From Bacillota bacterium (lineage in GTDB: Bacteria; Bacillota; Clostridia; Tissierellales; MES13): DNA of 64,000 nucleotides. Positions 46,254-55,954 of the stretch are shown in pieces (the stretch's first letter is position 1; every line of letters starts with the position of its first letter). The notes under the pieces are model-generated. The model was not told the DNA's origin and searched no databases. It saw only the letters and a list, made by a program, of their open reading frames with translations. The position numbers and the translations under genes were made by a program. The DNA is taken from assembly GCA_009711765.1 (NCBI GenBank), contig VEND01000100.1:1561-65560 (forward strand). Reading direction: 5' to 3'.

Positions 46254-46988
46254 CTAACTATCCCCTTTCATCTGATCTAAATTATACATAAAATCAAGTA
46301 TTCCTCTGTTATATTCATACTCCATATAATATCTTTTAATAATTACCTTTGCCTTTTCAGTAATTTCTATTTCCTCATTTCCTATATCTAAAATAAGTTC
46401 TTGGGATTTTAAAAACTTTTTTACTTTATCTAAAAAACTTAGCCTACTTATAGTATTACCGCTTTGACTTTTAGCATTTTCCTTTAAATCATCCATAGCA
46501 TCCCATTTTTCAAGTATTGATATCCAGTTATATTCAAAGTCTTTTTCTAAATTTTTAAGTTCTTCTTTATCAAATTCCTTTAATGATTCTATTCTTTCAT
46601 TAATGCTTTTAAGCCACTCTTTTGTAGATATAAAATCCCTTGTAGGATCAGTACTATGATATCCATCATAAAATTCTCCAAAAAGTATTATTATAGTTAC
46701 ATACATCAAATATATATCCATATTTAATGCTTTAGATGGTAAATAATCCTTTTTTATACTTTCATTTGTTATATGAAAGGGACTATTTATATTAACAGGT
46801 ATCATATATATTAAATCTCCTACAACAAAAATAGTTGAATCCACTTCCTTTGAAAATTCATCTACTAATCCCCTTACATTATCATCAGCTAAATACTCCC
46901 TTAATTCTTCCTTTTCTTCATATCCATTTAAAGCTAGCTTTGAATATATTTTAAAAGCTTTCATAACTTGATCATGACTATAATTCAT
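46254..46988 (-). CDS. small SMC-accessory subunit candidate (JetB/MksE, KITE-sized)
   Basis: 244 aa. Assigned from position and size only. Its stop TAG abuts the ATPase ATG, and its start overlaps the upstream gene by 11 nt with a GGAGGT RBS. Confidence 0.5.
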   Translation of the reverse strand: MNYSHDQVMKAFKIYSKLALNGYEEKEELREYLADDNVRGLVDEFSKEVDSTIFVVGDLIYMIPVNINSPFHITNESIKKDYLPSKALNMDIYLMYVTIIILFGEFYDGYHSTDPTRDFISTKEWLKSINERIESLKEFDKEELKNLEKDFEYNWISILEKWDAMDDLKENAKSQSGNTISRLSFLDKVKKFLKSQELILDIGNEEIEITEKAKVIIKRYYMEYEYNRGILDFMYNLDQMKGDS

Positions 46989-48477
46989 TACCCTTTACCT
47001 CCAATGAAAGTCTCATATCTTTAATACTAAATCTATCATTAATATTTAAAGTATTATTTTCTTCTATTAATTTAATCTCTCTATATTCTTCTTTAAAGTT
47101 TTCTATTACTTTTTTAAATAAAACTTCTTCCTTTTCATCATCAAAATATATAGGCGATTTTTGATGAAGTAACATAAAAAAGTCATAAAATACCCTCTTA
47201 TTTAATAATTCCTTTTCATTTTCTTTAACATGTTCTATTATATCCTTTAAGGTTGTCTCATTTTCATATATAACTTTTAATATAATATCAAAAATATATT
47301 TGAAATTATCTTGAATAATTTTTATTTCTTTTTGTTTTTGTTCTTCACTTTTTAAGTCTAAAAATTCATAAGACTTATCTAAATTATCTTTATTTTCTAA
47401 TCTTTGTTGTGAAAATACACTCATAGGTGACCAGGAAACTTGTTTTTCTAAATAAAGAAAGGGTTTTATTAAATTTCTAGTACTATACACAGGAAGCGGG
47501 GATGAAAAAAGTCTTGAAACTATCTCCTTTTTAAAATTAAAGGCTTCTATACCTATATAATATAAAGATTCCTGGGCTGCTTCTATAGTTGTAGTTTTAA
47601 GTTCTATACTCCTTTGAAGTAATTTATTATGAATAGTATGAACATCACTTAACTTATTATCTATCTTAATAATGTAGGTTAAAGCCTCTTGGTCTTTTTT
47701 TAGTTTTAATTCATATCCTAACCTTTTCTTTGTTTCCTTTATAAAAGTTTTAATTTCATTAAATTCTTCATTTTCCCTAGTTAACCTTCTATTTATATCA
47801 CCTATAAGTTCTTTATATCTTTCATATGTTTTTTCAGCCATTATATTTCTTTGTATTTCATGTTTTAGCTTATTTATTCTATCCTCTAAAGTTTTTACAT
47901 CTATTCTCATTTCATCTATTTGTCTTAATGCTATGGAAAACTCTCCCTTTTCTAATTGCTTTCTAAGTAAAAGTTGATTTATAGAAAGTTGAAATTCACT
48001 AAAGTATTCCTTAGTTGCAAAAATAAGTTCTAAACCCTTCTCATCTAATGTATAATACTGGGTATTACTTTTAGTATCTGATTTAGATGCCTTTAATATG
48101 GAATATTGTATTATTTCTTCTTTTCTTGTTTCCCAATTATAGAACTTTCTAAAGTTTCTTTTTCCACTTGGGGGTCTAAATACATCTATTATAGTTCTTG
48201 CTGTTTTTTGAAAACCACTATAATCTAAATTAATTTCATCTTTATTTAATCTATATAAAAATGAAGCTAATTCGTTTATACCTGTTTTTTTATTTCTCAT
48301 AAGCATATTTTCAAAGAAAAACAATAAAGTTAAAAGCCCTAAACTAAAAAAGTCTATATATTTACCACTATTATCCTTTGTTTTTTTATTTTCTAACTTA
48401 TATAAAGGATCAAAAAGGGTAATCCTTTCTATACGCTCTTTATAATTTTTAGTAATATTTTTAATATCTATTTCCAC
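46978..48477 (-). CDS. kleisin-like subunit candidate (JetA/MksF-sized)
   Basis: 499 aa with a central coiled/helical region (about aa 170-300). GTG start with GGAGGA 7 nt upstream, overlapping the upstream gene by 10 nt. Assignment rests on size and synteny only. Confidence 0.5.
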   Translation of the reverse strand: MEIDIKNITKNYKERIERITLFDPLYKLENKKTKDNSGKYIDFFSLGLLTLLFFFENMLMRNKKTGINELASFLYRLNKDEINLDYSGFQKTARTIIDVFRPPSGKRNFRKFYNWETRKEEIIQYSILKASKSDTKSNTQYYTLDEKGLELIFATKEYFSEFQLSINQLLLRKQLEKGEFSIALRQIDEMRIDVKTLEDRINKLKHEIQRNIMAEKTYERYKELIGDINRRLTRENEEFNEIKTFIKETKKRLGYELKLKKDQEALTYIIKIDNKLSDVHTIHNKLLQRSIELKTTTIEAAQESLYYIGIEAFNFKKEIVSRLFSSPLPVYSTRNLIKPFLYLEKQVSWSPMSVFSQQRLENKDNLDKSYEFLDLKSEEQKQKEIKIIQDNFKYIFDIILKVIYENETTLKDIIEHVKENEKELLNKRVFYDFFMLLHQKSPIYFDDEKEEVLFKKVIENFKEEYREIKLIEENNTLNINDRFSIKDMRLSLEVKGNEL

Positions 48478-49475
48478 TTATTATTCCTCCAAATATCTAA
48501 TATCTCTTTTGAATTTAAACTCTCCTGGGGATAATAACCTCCATCATCTAAAAGTTTTTTTATCTTTTTTCTTTCACAGTTTTTAAAATTCTTTAAGAAG
48601 TTTTCTAAGGCTAATTTATTTTTATAATGATTTTCCTTTCCATATGAATATGGCTTTTTAAGTAATTTTTTATAAAAGGGATATGCTAATTTAACTAAGG
48701 ATGATTTATTTAAACTATTCCATATACTTATTCCTTCATAATCTAAATCTCCAAAATAATATATTATATTAGAGTCTTTATCTAAATCTAACTGTTTAGT
48801 TAACATATCTATATTCCCTACTATTTTCCATCCTGAACCATATACTAAGGATGTAAAGTCTGTTTCGTTTAAACAATTTAAAAACAAATGAAAGGTTGCC
48901 TTATTTTCAATAACCATATGTTTATTAATTTCACCATTAATATTTTCTTTATTTATAGCAAGCATTAATGGGTCTTTATATAGACTTATCTTTAATTTAT
49001 TAAATATTTCAACTCTTTGTAAAAACTTCTTTCCACCTTTATAATCTATCCATTTTTCATCTTCTAATATTTCATAGCTTCTTTCTTCAGATGAAGCCTC
49101 CCTTTTAGGAAGACCCTTATCTTTTAGATATTTATCTAATATTTTTATAAATTTTAAATCTTTACTAAGGTCTTTTTTTGTTAATTTTAGATAATTATCT
49201 AATTTTATAGCTGGATGTATTTTTAATTTAAGGGTTTGTATTTCATCGATTAGTTCATCTTTAAATATGGTCTTATTTATTCTATAGGTATTATAAAGAT
49301 TATTTTTCTTTCCGTGGGATTTAACTGGTATTAATATCCTTTTCTTCTCAATATCTTTTATAACATTTGAAAACTCATTATAATCAACATCTCCCTCCAT
49401 TAGTCCTTCTATTTCTAATAGGGGTATTGTTTTTTTCTTCCTTTTTTTTAAATATTTGATTATTTTTTCATGCAT
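48468..49475 (-). CDS. Toprim-domain protein (JetD/MksG, DUF2220-like nuclease candidate)
   Basis: 335 aa. The C-terminal half has HMVIENKATF (Toprim Glu) and IIYYFGDLDYEGISIW (DxD), as in the Topo VI-A/JetD Toprim fold. The N-terminal part is wHTH-like. Confidence 0.65.
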   Translation of the reverse strand: MHEKIIKYLKKRKKKTIPLLEIEGLMEGDVDYNEFSNVIKDIEKKRILIPVKSHGKKNNLYNTYRINKTIFKDELIDEIQTLKLKIHPAIKLDNYLKLTKKDLSKDLKFIKILDKYLKDKGLPKREASSEERSYEILEDEKWIDYKGGKKFLQRVEIFNKLKISLYKDPLMLAINKENINGEINKHMVIENKATFHLFLNCLNETDFTSLVYGSGWKIVGNIDMLTKQLDLDKDSNIIYYFGDLDYEGISIWNSLNKSSLVKLAYPFYKKLLKKPYSYGKENHYKNKLALENFLKNFKNCERKKIKKLLDDGGYYPQESLNSKEILDIWRNNKWK

Positions 49476-49564
49476 ATTATCACCTATTTAAAATATTTAT
49501 AACTACCTATATTTTAACATACATATATATTTTTTTATATTATTTACTTTTATTTTACAAATAA

Positions 49565-49600
49565 AAAGCCACCATAACATTTTAAGTTAAGTGGCCTTTA
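49565..49600 (-). terminator. terminator of the upstream MCP gene, insulating the SMC operon
   Basis: Minus strand has an imperfect GCCAC...GTGGC hairpin followed by TTTTTATTTG. Confidence 0.5.
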
Positions 49601-49611
49601 TTATAATAATT

Positions 49612-51711
49612 CTAAACATTAAATTTATTAGTAGAATCCTTTAAGCTCTCTGCTAAGTTTTCTAATTCCTTAACATATGAATCTATTTCTTCCATAGTAG
49701 CTAATTGTTCTTCACTAGAAGCTGAAACTTGCTGGGTTGTCGCTGAAGTTTCCTCAGCAGCAGCTGTTATATTTTCTATAACATGAACTATTTCATTTTT
49801 CTTATCTATCATATTTTCACTATTAGTTTTAACATTTTTCACTTTATTAGTTAGCTGTTTAATATTATCTGATATATCCTTAAATATATTTTCAGTTTCA
49901 TTTACTGCTTCATTTTGTTCTTTAACTACAGCCTTTGTATTTTCCATTGCAGTTACTGCTTCTTTAGATTGATTTTGTATACCTTCAACTATATTTTTAA
50001 TTTCTTCAACTGATTTTGAAGATTCCTCAGCTAAAGTTCTTATCTCTTCAGCAACCACTGCAAAACCTTTACCTGCTTCTCCACTTCTTGCTGCTTCTAT
50101 TGCTGCATTTAATGCAAGTAAATTAGTTTGTTCTGCAATTTGTCCTATTGTTTCTGTTATCTTACTTATTTCAGTAGATCTTTCATCTACCTTTAATACT
50201 ATATCATTAACTTTCATTGAAGCATTGGTATTTTCCTTAGATTTTTCAGTTAATAACTTAACTGTATCAAGTCCTTTGTCACTAAGGGTATTTGTACTTT
50301 TTGATGATTTGTCCATTTCCACTGTTAATTTATCTATTCTTTCTATATCATCTGCTAAACTATTAACTTTAGCTGCTCCATCTTCAGTATCCTTAGCTTG
50401 GTCTGTGGCATTTTTAGATATTTCTTCTATACTTGATGCAACTTCATTAGTAGCTGTTGTAGTTTGTTCTGTAACATCGCTTAAAGAATCAGAAGAATCT
50501 AATACAGTTTCTGATGCTTTTTTCACATCTAATATTAAATTTTTAATATTACCTATCATATCATTAAAGCTATTAGCTGCATCTCCAAATTCATCATTTC
50601 TATTTACATTAGCCTCTACATTTAAATCTCCATTAGATGCTTTATTAAAGGCTTCTTTTAATTTATTTAATGGCTTTGCTATATATCTACTTAATATAAA
50701 GGATATTACTAAAGCTAATAAAAGTGCTCCTAATAAACTAAATAAAACAAACTTTTTTATAATATTTGTATCCTTAATAAGTTCTTTCTCTTCCATTGTA
50801 GCTGCTATTTTCCAACCTGTTTTCTCATCAGTATTAAATTGTAAAAACTTTTTCTCACCTTTATAAGTATATTCTTCAAATCCCTTTTCTTTGCTTTCAA
50901 CACTACTCCAAAAGCTTTCTTCAGTTATTTTTTTAGTACCTATAAGCTCCTTTGTAGGGTGGGATAATATTTTACCATCTTCACTGGTAATAAATATATA
51001 ACCGGTTCTACCTATTGTTTTTGAAGACATTTCATCTGATAATTCATTTAATAAAACATCTATACCAATAACACCTTTAACCTCACCATTTTCCATAACT
51101 GTTCTAGCAACGGTTACAGTTGTATTTTTAGAAGAATCATCTATGTAAGGATCTGTCCAAACTGTTTTACCCTTATTTTCTAGTGCCTTTTTATACCAAG
51201 GTCTTTCTCTAGGGTCATAGCCATCTGAAAGGTCCTGTTGTGGGTATATATGCATATCCCCCTTAGCTGTACCTATATAAGTATTAGCTATTGTAGATTC
51301 ACTTTCGTTTATATTTTTTAATAATTCCATTGCAGATTCCTTATAATCAGGCTTTTTAATAACCTTTTCTTTAAGTACCTTTTCCCCTTCTTCATTTTCT
51401 ATTTCCTCTGTAGTAGTTACCTCTAATTTTTCCTGTTTTATAAATTTAACTATTTCAGAACTATTACCTAAAACATACGCCTGGGCTTCTAGTCCTTTTA
51501 AATACTCATCTAAACCACTTGTTACTTCCTCCATCATTTGATTAGAAGTTAATTTAAGCTTATCCTCTAATACATTAAAACTTGCCCTATGGGATAAATA
51601 TCCTATACTAGCCACAGGAATTAATATAACTAAAGTTATAATTATAAAAAGCTTAACTCTTATGCTACTAAAAAAATTAGTATTCTTATTATTTTTCTTA
51701 TGTTTCTTCAT
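49612..51711 (-). CDS. methyl-accepting chemotaxis protein (double-Cache-type sensor, HAMP)
   Basis: 699 aa. Signalling hairpin is [39 protein letters not shown]. Confidence 0.95.
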   Translation of the reverse strand: MKKHKKNNKNTNFFSSIRVKLFIIITLVILIPVASIGYLSHRASFNVLEDKLKLTSNQMMEEVTSGLDEYLKGLEAQAYVLGNSSEIVKFIKQEKLEVTTTEEIENEEGEKVLKEKVIKKPDYKESAMELLKNINESESTIANTYIGTAKGDMHIYPQQDLSDGYDPRERPWYKKALENKGKTVWTDPYIDDSSKNTTVTVARTVMENGEVKGVIGIDVLLNELSDEMSSKTIGRTGYIFITSEDGKILSHPTKELIGTKKITEESFWSSVESKEKGFEEYTYKGEKKFLQFNTDEKTGWKIAATMEEKELIKDTNIIKKFVLFSLLGALLLALVISFILSRYIAKPLNKLKEAFNKASNGDLNVEANVNRNDEFGDAANSFNDMIGNIKNLILDVKKASETVLDSSDSLSDVTEQTTTATNEVASSIEEISKNATDQAKDTEDGAAKVNSLADDIERIDKLTVEMDKSSKSTNTLSDKGLDTVKLLTEKSKENTNASMKVNDIVLKVDERSTEISKITETIGQIAEQTNLLALNAAIEAARSGEAGKGFAVVAEEIRTLAEESSKSVEEIKNIVEGIQNQSKEAVTAMENTKAVVKEQNEAVNETENIFKDISDNIKQLTNKVKNVKTNSENMIDKKNEIVHVIENITAAAEETSATTQQVSASSEEQLATMEEIDSYVKELENLAESLKDSTNKFNV

Positions 51712-51727
51712 GTTAAAACTCCTCCTT

Positions 51728-53734
51728 TTATTTTTTTAGATATTTTTCAAAGGATTTTCCCTCTAAGGGTTTACTAAAAAGATACCCTTGATACATATCA
51801 CAGGATTTACCCTTTAAAAATTTTAAATGCTTTTCAGTTTCAACACCCTCAGCCACGACCTCTAATTGTAAACTTTTACTCATAGATATTATAGCTGAAG
51901 TTATTTTTTTATTATGGGTATCGCTACAAACATCATCAACAAAGGATTTATCTATCTTTAATTTACTTATACTTTCCTTTCTAAGTTTAGAAAAGGAAGA
52001 ATAGCCTGTCCCAAAATCATCAATAGCTAAACTTACACCTAATTCCTTTATTCTTTTTAAATTTTCATTTATTTTAGCTGAGTAACTCATATAAACAGTC
52101 TCTGTAATTTCTAACTCTAAATATTTACTATCAAGTTTAGTTTCATCTAAAATTTCCTTAACTGTTTTATAAAAATTACTCTCTTTAAGTTGCAAAGCCG
52201 ATACATTAACTGATATGAAAATAGGCTTATAACCTAGATCTTGCCATCTTTTATTTTGCCTACAAGCTTTTTTTAATACCCATTTGCCTATTTTTATTAT
52301 AGTTCCATTTTTTTCTGCTATCGGTATAAAGGTAGATGGGGATATATTTCCTAAGTCATCATTTTCCCATCTAAGTAAAGCCTCAGCTCCTATTATTTCA
52401 CCACTTTTAGTATTTATTATTGGCTGATAATTTAAATATAGTTCTTCATATTCTAGGGCATATCTTAGGTAACTATCATATATAAAATCTGTTCTGATTT
52501 TATCATTTAGCTTTGATGTATATATTTCTACTCTATTTCCTTCCCCTTCCTTTGCTTTATTCATTGCAACCTCTGCATTTCTTATTAAATCCATTGCTTC
52601 TTTTCCATGTTCAGGATACTTTGATACTCCAATACTTATATTCATATAAATGTATTTATCTTCTATAATAAATGGCTTCTCCATAGAAGAAAAAATATCC
52701 CTTACTATATTTTTAAATTTATTATCACTATCATTTTTATTTATTAATACTATAAACTCATCTCCACCAAATCTTGATATAAAACTATTATTACTAACTG
52801 ATTTTTTTAATCTATTAGTAAATTCCTCTAAAACATAATTTCCATTTTTGTAACCTAAATTATCATTTATTTTCTTAAAATCATCTAAATCTATAAAAAG
52901 TATGTATATTTCTTGATTTATTTTCTTTTTTAGCTTTTCTTCTAATAATTCTAATAAAAAATCTTTATTACTTAATTTAGTAAGACTATCTGTATACTGT
53001 AAAAAACTTACCCTTTCTTCTAGCTTATTTATTTTTGTTACATCCTTAATCATAATACAACATAATTTTTCATTATTAAGTTTAAGGGGTATGGAAAATA
53101 TCTCTGTATCTCTAATAGAATTATTTTTAAGTCTTTGTTTTACATGTAAACTTTCCTTTTCACTCTTTTTTAGACCTTTAAGTCCCTTTAATAAAATTTT
53201 TTCATCTAAAGTAGTTATATCACTAAGTTTAAATGTATTAAGTTCACTTTTACTATACCCATAGTAATTTATAGCAGAATTATTTGCTTTTTTAATTTCT
53301 AAAGTATTATAATCTATAAGTAACATTGCTATTGGGTTTTTATTAAAAAAATTCTGATAGCTTAGATTATTTTCTTCTATCATATCGCTAATTTTCTTAA
53401 TATTTGTAATGTCTCTAACTATTGTTATGTAATAATCTATTCCATCTACTTTACTTGGGATTATTGTAGTATCAGAAAAGAAATTCTCCCCATTTTTTCT
53501 TTTTTGTATTAAATTAAACTTTTTCCTTTCATCTATATCCATATCAATTTTATCGACTAATAGCTTATTAAATTTACATCCTATTAACTCTTCCTTCTTC
53601 CCATATCCATAAAGATTAACTGTATAATCATTACAGCTAATTATTTTTTCATTTCTAATAACAAATATGGCTTCTAAATTATTAACAAATAACTCGTTAG
53701 TATTCTTTATTAAATTTAATTCATCTGTTACCAT
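51728..53734 (-). CDS. PAS-PAS-GGDEF-EAL c-di-GMP turnover protein
   Basis: 668 aa. The GGDEF motif is intact ([10 protein letters not shown]). EAL motifs are [21 protein letters not shown] and EGVE. The gene ends 16 nt before the MCP gene start. Confidence 0.92.
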   Translation of the reverse strand: MVTDELNLIKNTNELFVNNLEAIFVIRNEKIISCNDYTVNLYGYGKKEELIGCKFNKLLVDKIDMDIDERKKFNLIQKRKNGENFFSDTTIIPSKVDGIDYYITIVRDITNIKKISDMIEENNLSYQNFFNKNPIAMLLIDYNTLEIKKANNSAINYYGYSKSELNTFKLSDITTLDEKILLKGLKGLKKSEKESLHVKQRLKNNSIRDTEIFSIPLKLNNEKLCCIMIKDVTKINKLEERVSFLQYTDSLTKLSNKDFLLELLEEKLKKKINQEIYILFIDLDDFKKINDNLGYKNGNYVLEEFTNRLKKSVSNNSFISRFGGDEFIVLINKNDSDNKFKNIVRDIFSSMEKPFIIEDKYIYMNISIGVSKYPEHGKEAMDLIRNAEVAMNKAKEGEGNRVEIYTSKLNDKIRTDFIYDSYLRYALEYEELYLNYQPIINTKSGEIIGAEALLRWENDDLGNISPSTFIPIAEKNGTIIKIGKWVLKKACRQNKRWQDLGYKPIFISVNVSALQLKESNFYKTVKEILDETKLDSKYLELEITETVYMSYSAKINENLKRIKELGVSLAIDDFGTGYSSFSKLRKESISKLKIDKSFVDDVCSDTHNKKITSAIISMSKSLQLEVVAEGVETEKHLKFLKGKSCDMYQGYLFSKPLEGKSFEKYLKK

Positions 53735-54043
53735 CTAACTCCTCCTGTATTAAAAACCCTTTTTATTTATCATCATAAGTAAGTTAGACTTTACCCCCTC
53801 TTTACTATTTTATACTAAATAGCATTTATTTTGTCGTATTTTGAAAAAGAGTGTCTATAAACATTATATTCTATATACTTTATTAAAATCCTTTTTTAAA
53901 AGACTATTACTTTTTTACTATTATGTTTACATTTTAGGATGTCTAAAACTTATAATATATACTTTATACCCTTTTATAACTTTTTTTACACATTTTAGAA
54001 ATGCTTTTGTGGTAATATTGGACAATCCATAACTTTTTTCAAT

Positions 54044-54085
54044 AAAAAACCCTATAGAGATTTTTTACCATCTACTCTATAGGGT
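54044..54085 (-). terminator. rho-independent terminator
   Basis: 11-bp stem ACCCTATAGAG/CTCTATAGGGT followed by T6 on the minus strand. Confidence 0.8.
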
Positions 54086-54098
54086 GTATTATAAGTTT

Positions 54099-54569
54099 TT
54101 ATTTTGTAGCCTTTAATTTAATTATTTCATTCCAATTACTTGAAGCTACAAATTCAATTTTTGTTATATCTTTTTTCATATCCTTAATATCACCTTTAAT
54201 CTCTGTAATATCATGGGTAAATCTATCTCTTTGAGCTTTACTAACCTCACTTGCATGTTCTAAGGATCTTAATATATTTCTATTCTCCCTTTGGCCAATT
54301 TCTAATTTATCTAAACGTCTTGTTGTTTCATTTTTAAATCCAATCATCTCATCTTTAAAATCATGCATTACATCCTTAAATCCTATCATTTCATCTTTAA
54401 AACTATACATTACATCCTTAAATCCTATCATTTCATCTTTAAAACTATACATTTCATCCTTAAATCCAATCATTTCATCTTTAAAGTCATGCATTTCATT
54501 TTTAAATACAGTGATATCTTTTTTTACATCTTTTAATCCACTTAATATTTGTTTTAGAATTTTTTCCAT
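54099..54569 (-). CDS. coiled-coil protein with eight tandem heptads (M-x-x-FKDE)
   Basis: Start moved to ATG 54569 (MEKILKQIL) with AAGGAGA upstream. The repeat runs MHDFKDE MIGFKDE MYSFKDE MIGFKDV MYSFKDE MIGFKDV MHDFKDE MIGFKNE. Confidence 0.6.
   Translation of the reverse strand: MEKILKQILSGLKDVKKDITVFKNEMHDFKDEMIGFKDEMYSFKDEMIGFKDVMYSFKDEMIGFKDVMHDFKDEMIGFKNETTRRLDKLEIGQRENRNILRSLEHASEVSKAQRDRFTHDITEIKGDIKDMKKDITKIEFVASSNWNEIIKLKATK
54327..54494 (-). repeat. 21-bp x 8 in-frame tandem repeat
   Basis: The recurring DNA unit CATTTCATCTTTAAAnnnATnCAT is visible across 54330-54490. Confidence 0.85.
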
Positions 54570-54804
54570 AACATTCTCCTTTTCATCAATATTATCCGTT
54601 CCCTTATATTTGTATTTAATTTTATCATACATTTAAATAACTTTGTATTGATAAAATTATACAATTTTTCTTAGTGAACATCCACTACTTTCACCTATCG
54701 CCAGATAAGTAGATAACCTCCACTTTAGGAACGTATGTTCTTATTATGCTCATTTATCCTTTTTTAATTCCTTAATTATAAATTAGAGTTTTGTTAATTT
54801 AATT

Positions 54805-55233
54805 CTATTTATTTAAAATTCTCTTCATTTCAAATTTCAATCCATTATTATTTTTAATTCTTTTATCAATTATTTTTATTATTATGTGGGAGATTGCAAG
54901 AAAAAACATTCCAAATAAAACTCCAAATATTTCATAGTTATTGTATCCTATATTTTTAAAAACATAAACACCTGCTCCTGTTCCTATAATAAGCATAATA
55001 AGTGGAATAATATAAAGAATAAAAGCTGATTTCATAACCATTTTAGTTTCCATTCTTATTTCTACATAATCTCCAGCCTTTGCATTTAATTTATTCTCTA
55101 TCATTACTTTTGTGGCATTAACATTACATCCACCATTACAACTACTACATTTATCTCCACAAGCAGTTTCTCTTCTTATAATTACATTTGCTGTTTTTTT
55201 TTCAGTTTTAGTAATAAAACCTTTCTGTTTCAC
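54805..55233 (-). CDS. RseC/MucC-family (SoxR-reducing system) membrane protein
   Basis: 142 aa. N-terminal Cys cluster (ACGDKCSSCNGGCN), then a beta-rich segment, then two TM helices. Confidence 0.75.
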   Translation of the reverse strand: MKQKGFITKTEKKTANVIIRRETACGDKCSSCNGGCNVNATKVMIENKLNAKAGDYVEIRMETKMVMKSAFILYIIPLIMLIIGTGAGVYVFKNIGYNNYEIFGVLFGMFFLAISHIIIKIIDKRIKNNNGLKFEMKRILNK

Positions 55234-55295
55234 AAATATTAAACCTCCTTTTTATATAATTATAGATTTATAGAGCTACTACTTATATCTAGATA

Positions 55296-55424
55296 TTAAT
55301 TAAATTTACGATCCTTTTTATCATTTTTTCTATTTAGTTCACAACAATCCATTTTCTTAGAGCCAAAACTTTTTTTATTTTCTTCTTCTATTTTTTTAAT
55401 GAATTTTTTAAACCACTTTATCAT
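55296..55424 (-). CDS. unannotated 42-aa lysine-rich small ORF
   Basis: Below the ORF-track length cutoff. ATG 55424 has AGGAGGT 7 nt upstream. Translation: MIKWFKKFIKKIEEENKKSFGSKKMDCCELNRKNDKKDRKFN. Confidence 0.35.
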   Translation of the reverse strand: MIKWFKKFIKKIEEENKKSFGSKKMDCCELNRKNDKKDRKFN

Positions 55425-55588
55425 AAAATATACCTCCTAATTATTTTTCTATATATATATATATTATAAAAAATACTAGTGAAGAAAATGTGAATTTTTA
55501 CTTTATTATATTAAAATGAGTCTATTACTTAAACATTTCAAAAAAAAGCCAGTGAATTTAAATTCACTAGCTTTTAAAATGAGTGGTT

Positions 55589-55879
55589 TTAGTTATTAAA
55601 ACCATATCCATGACCTCTATTAAAACCCCTTCCGCAACCGGCTGGAAAGCCATTTTCTCTATGAAATTCTTCCATTTCTTCAAAATGCTCATTATAATAT
55701 ATGCCCTGTTGTTTTTGTATATCTCCATCTTCAACTGCTTGTTGAACTTGCCCTTTTCTCCATTCAATCATATTTGAAAACCATGTAGGAACATCTGTAT
55801 CAGTTGAATCTGCGAATGCATAAGCACTCATTGACAATACTAAGCTCCCAACTAATATAAACGATAAAATCTTTTTCAT
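55589..55879 (-). CDS. small secreted protein, unknown function
   Basis: 96 aa with signal peptide MKKILSFILVGSLVLSMSAYA and a strong RBS (AAGGAGGAG). Chosen over two overlapping ORFs. Confidence 0.65.
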   Translation of the reverse strand: MKKILSFILVGSLVLSMSAYAFADSTDTDVPTWFSNMIEWRKGQVQQAVEDGDIQKQQGIYYNEHFEEMEEFHRENGFPAGCGRGFNRGHGYGFNN

Positions 55880-55954
55880 AATATCTCCTCCTTATTTATT
55901 TCTACCTTAATTATAAAACCCTTTTTTGAAGATATTATGAAGATATAAAAAATT

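Noticed and set aside
50225-50866. 213-aa plus-strand ORF, together with the other antisense ORFs in the track that lie inside longer opposite-strand genes with recognisable domains (examples: 9217-9627, 11734-12138, 12543-12977, 21698-22117, 44155-44412)
   Set aside because: All are embedded antisense in long genes that have clear domain motifs. Their S/L/F-rich low-complexity translations mirror E/K/N-rich sense codons in AT-rich DNA, and none has a convincing RBS.
53841-54032. 63-aa plus-strand ORF in the 364-nt gap between the GGDEF-EAL gene and the heptad-repeat gene
   Set aside because: It has a TTG start without an RBS and an F/Y/L-rich translation typical of AT-rich non-coding DNA. 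I left the region unannotated.
54729-54740. GAACGTATGTTC, matching the Firmicutes LexA (Cheo) box core GAAC-N4-GTTC, upstream of the heptad-repeat gene
   Set aside because: This is a single occurrence about 160 nt upstream of the preferred start codon, and roughly one chance hit per window is plausible. No other SOS-type gene is nearby. It could be tested with a genome-wide LexA-box scan.
55567-55777. Two overlapping ORFs (55567-55767 minus, 55583-55777 plus)
   Set aside because: The 55589-55879 minus-strand frame has a strong AAGGAGG RBS and a clean signal peptide. The alternative frames have neither.
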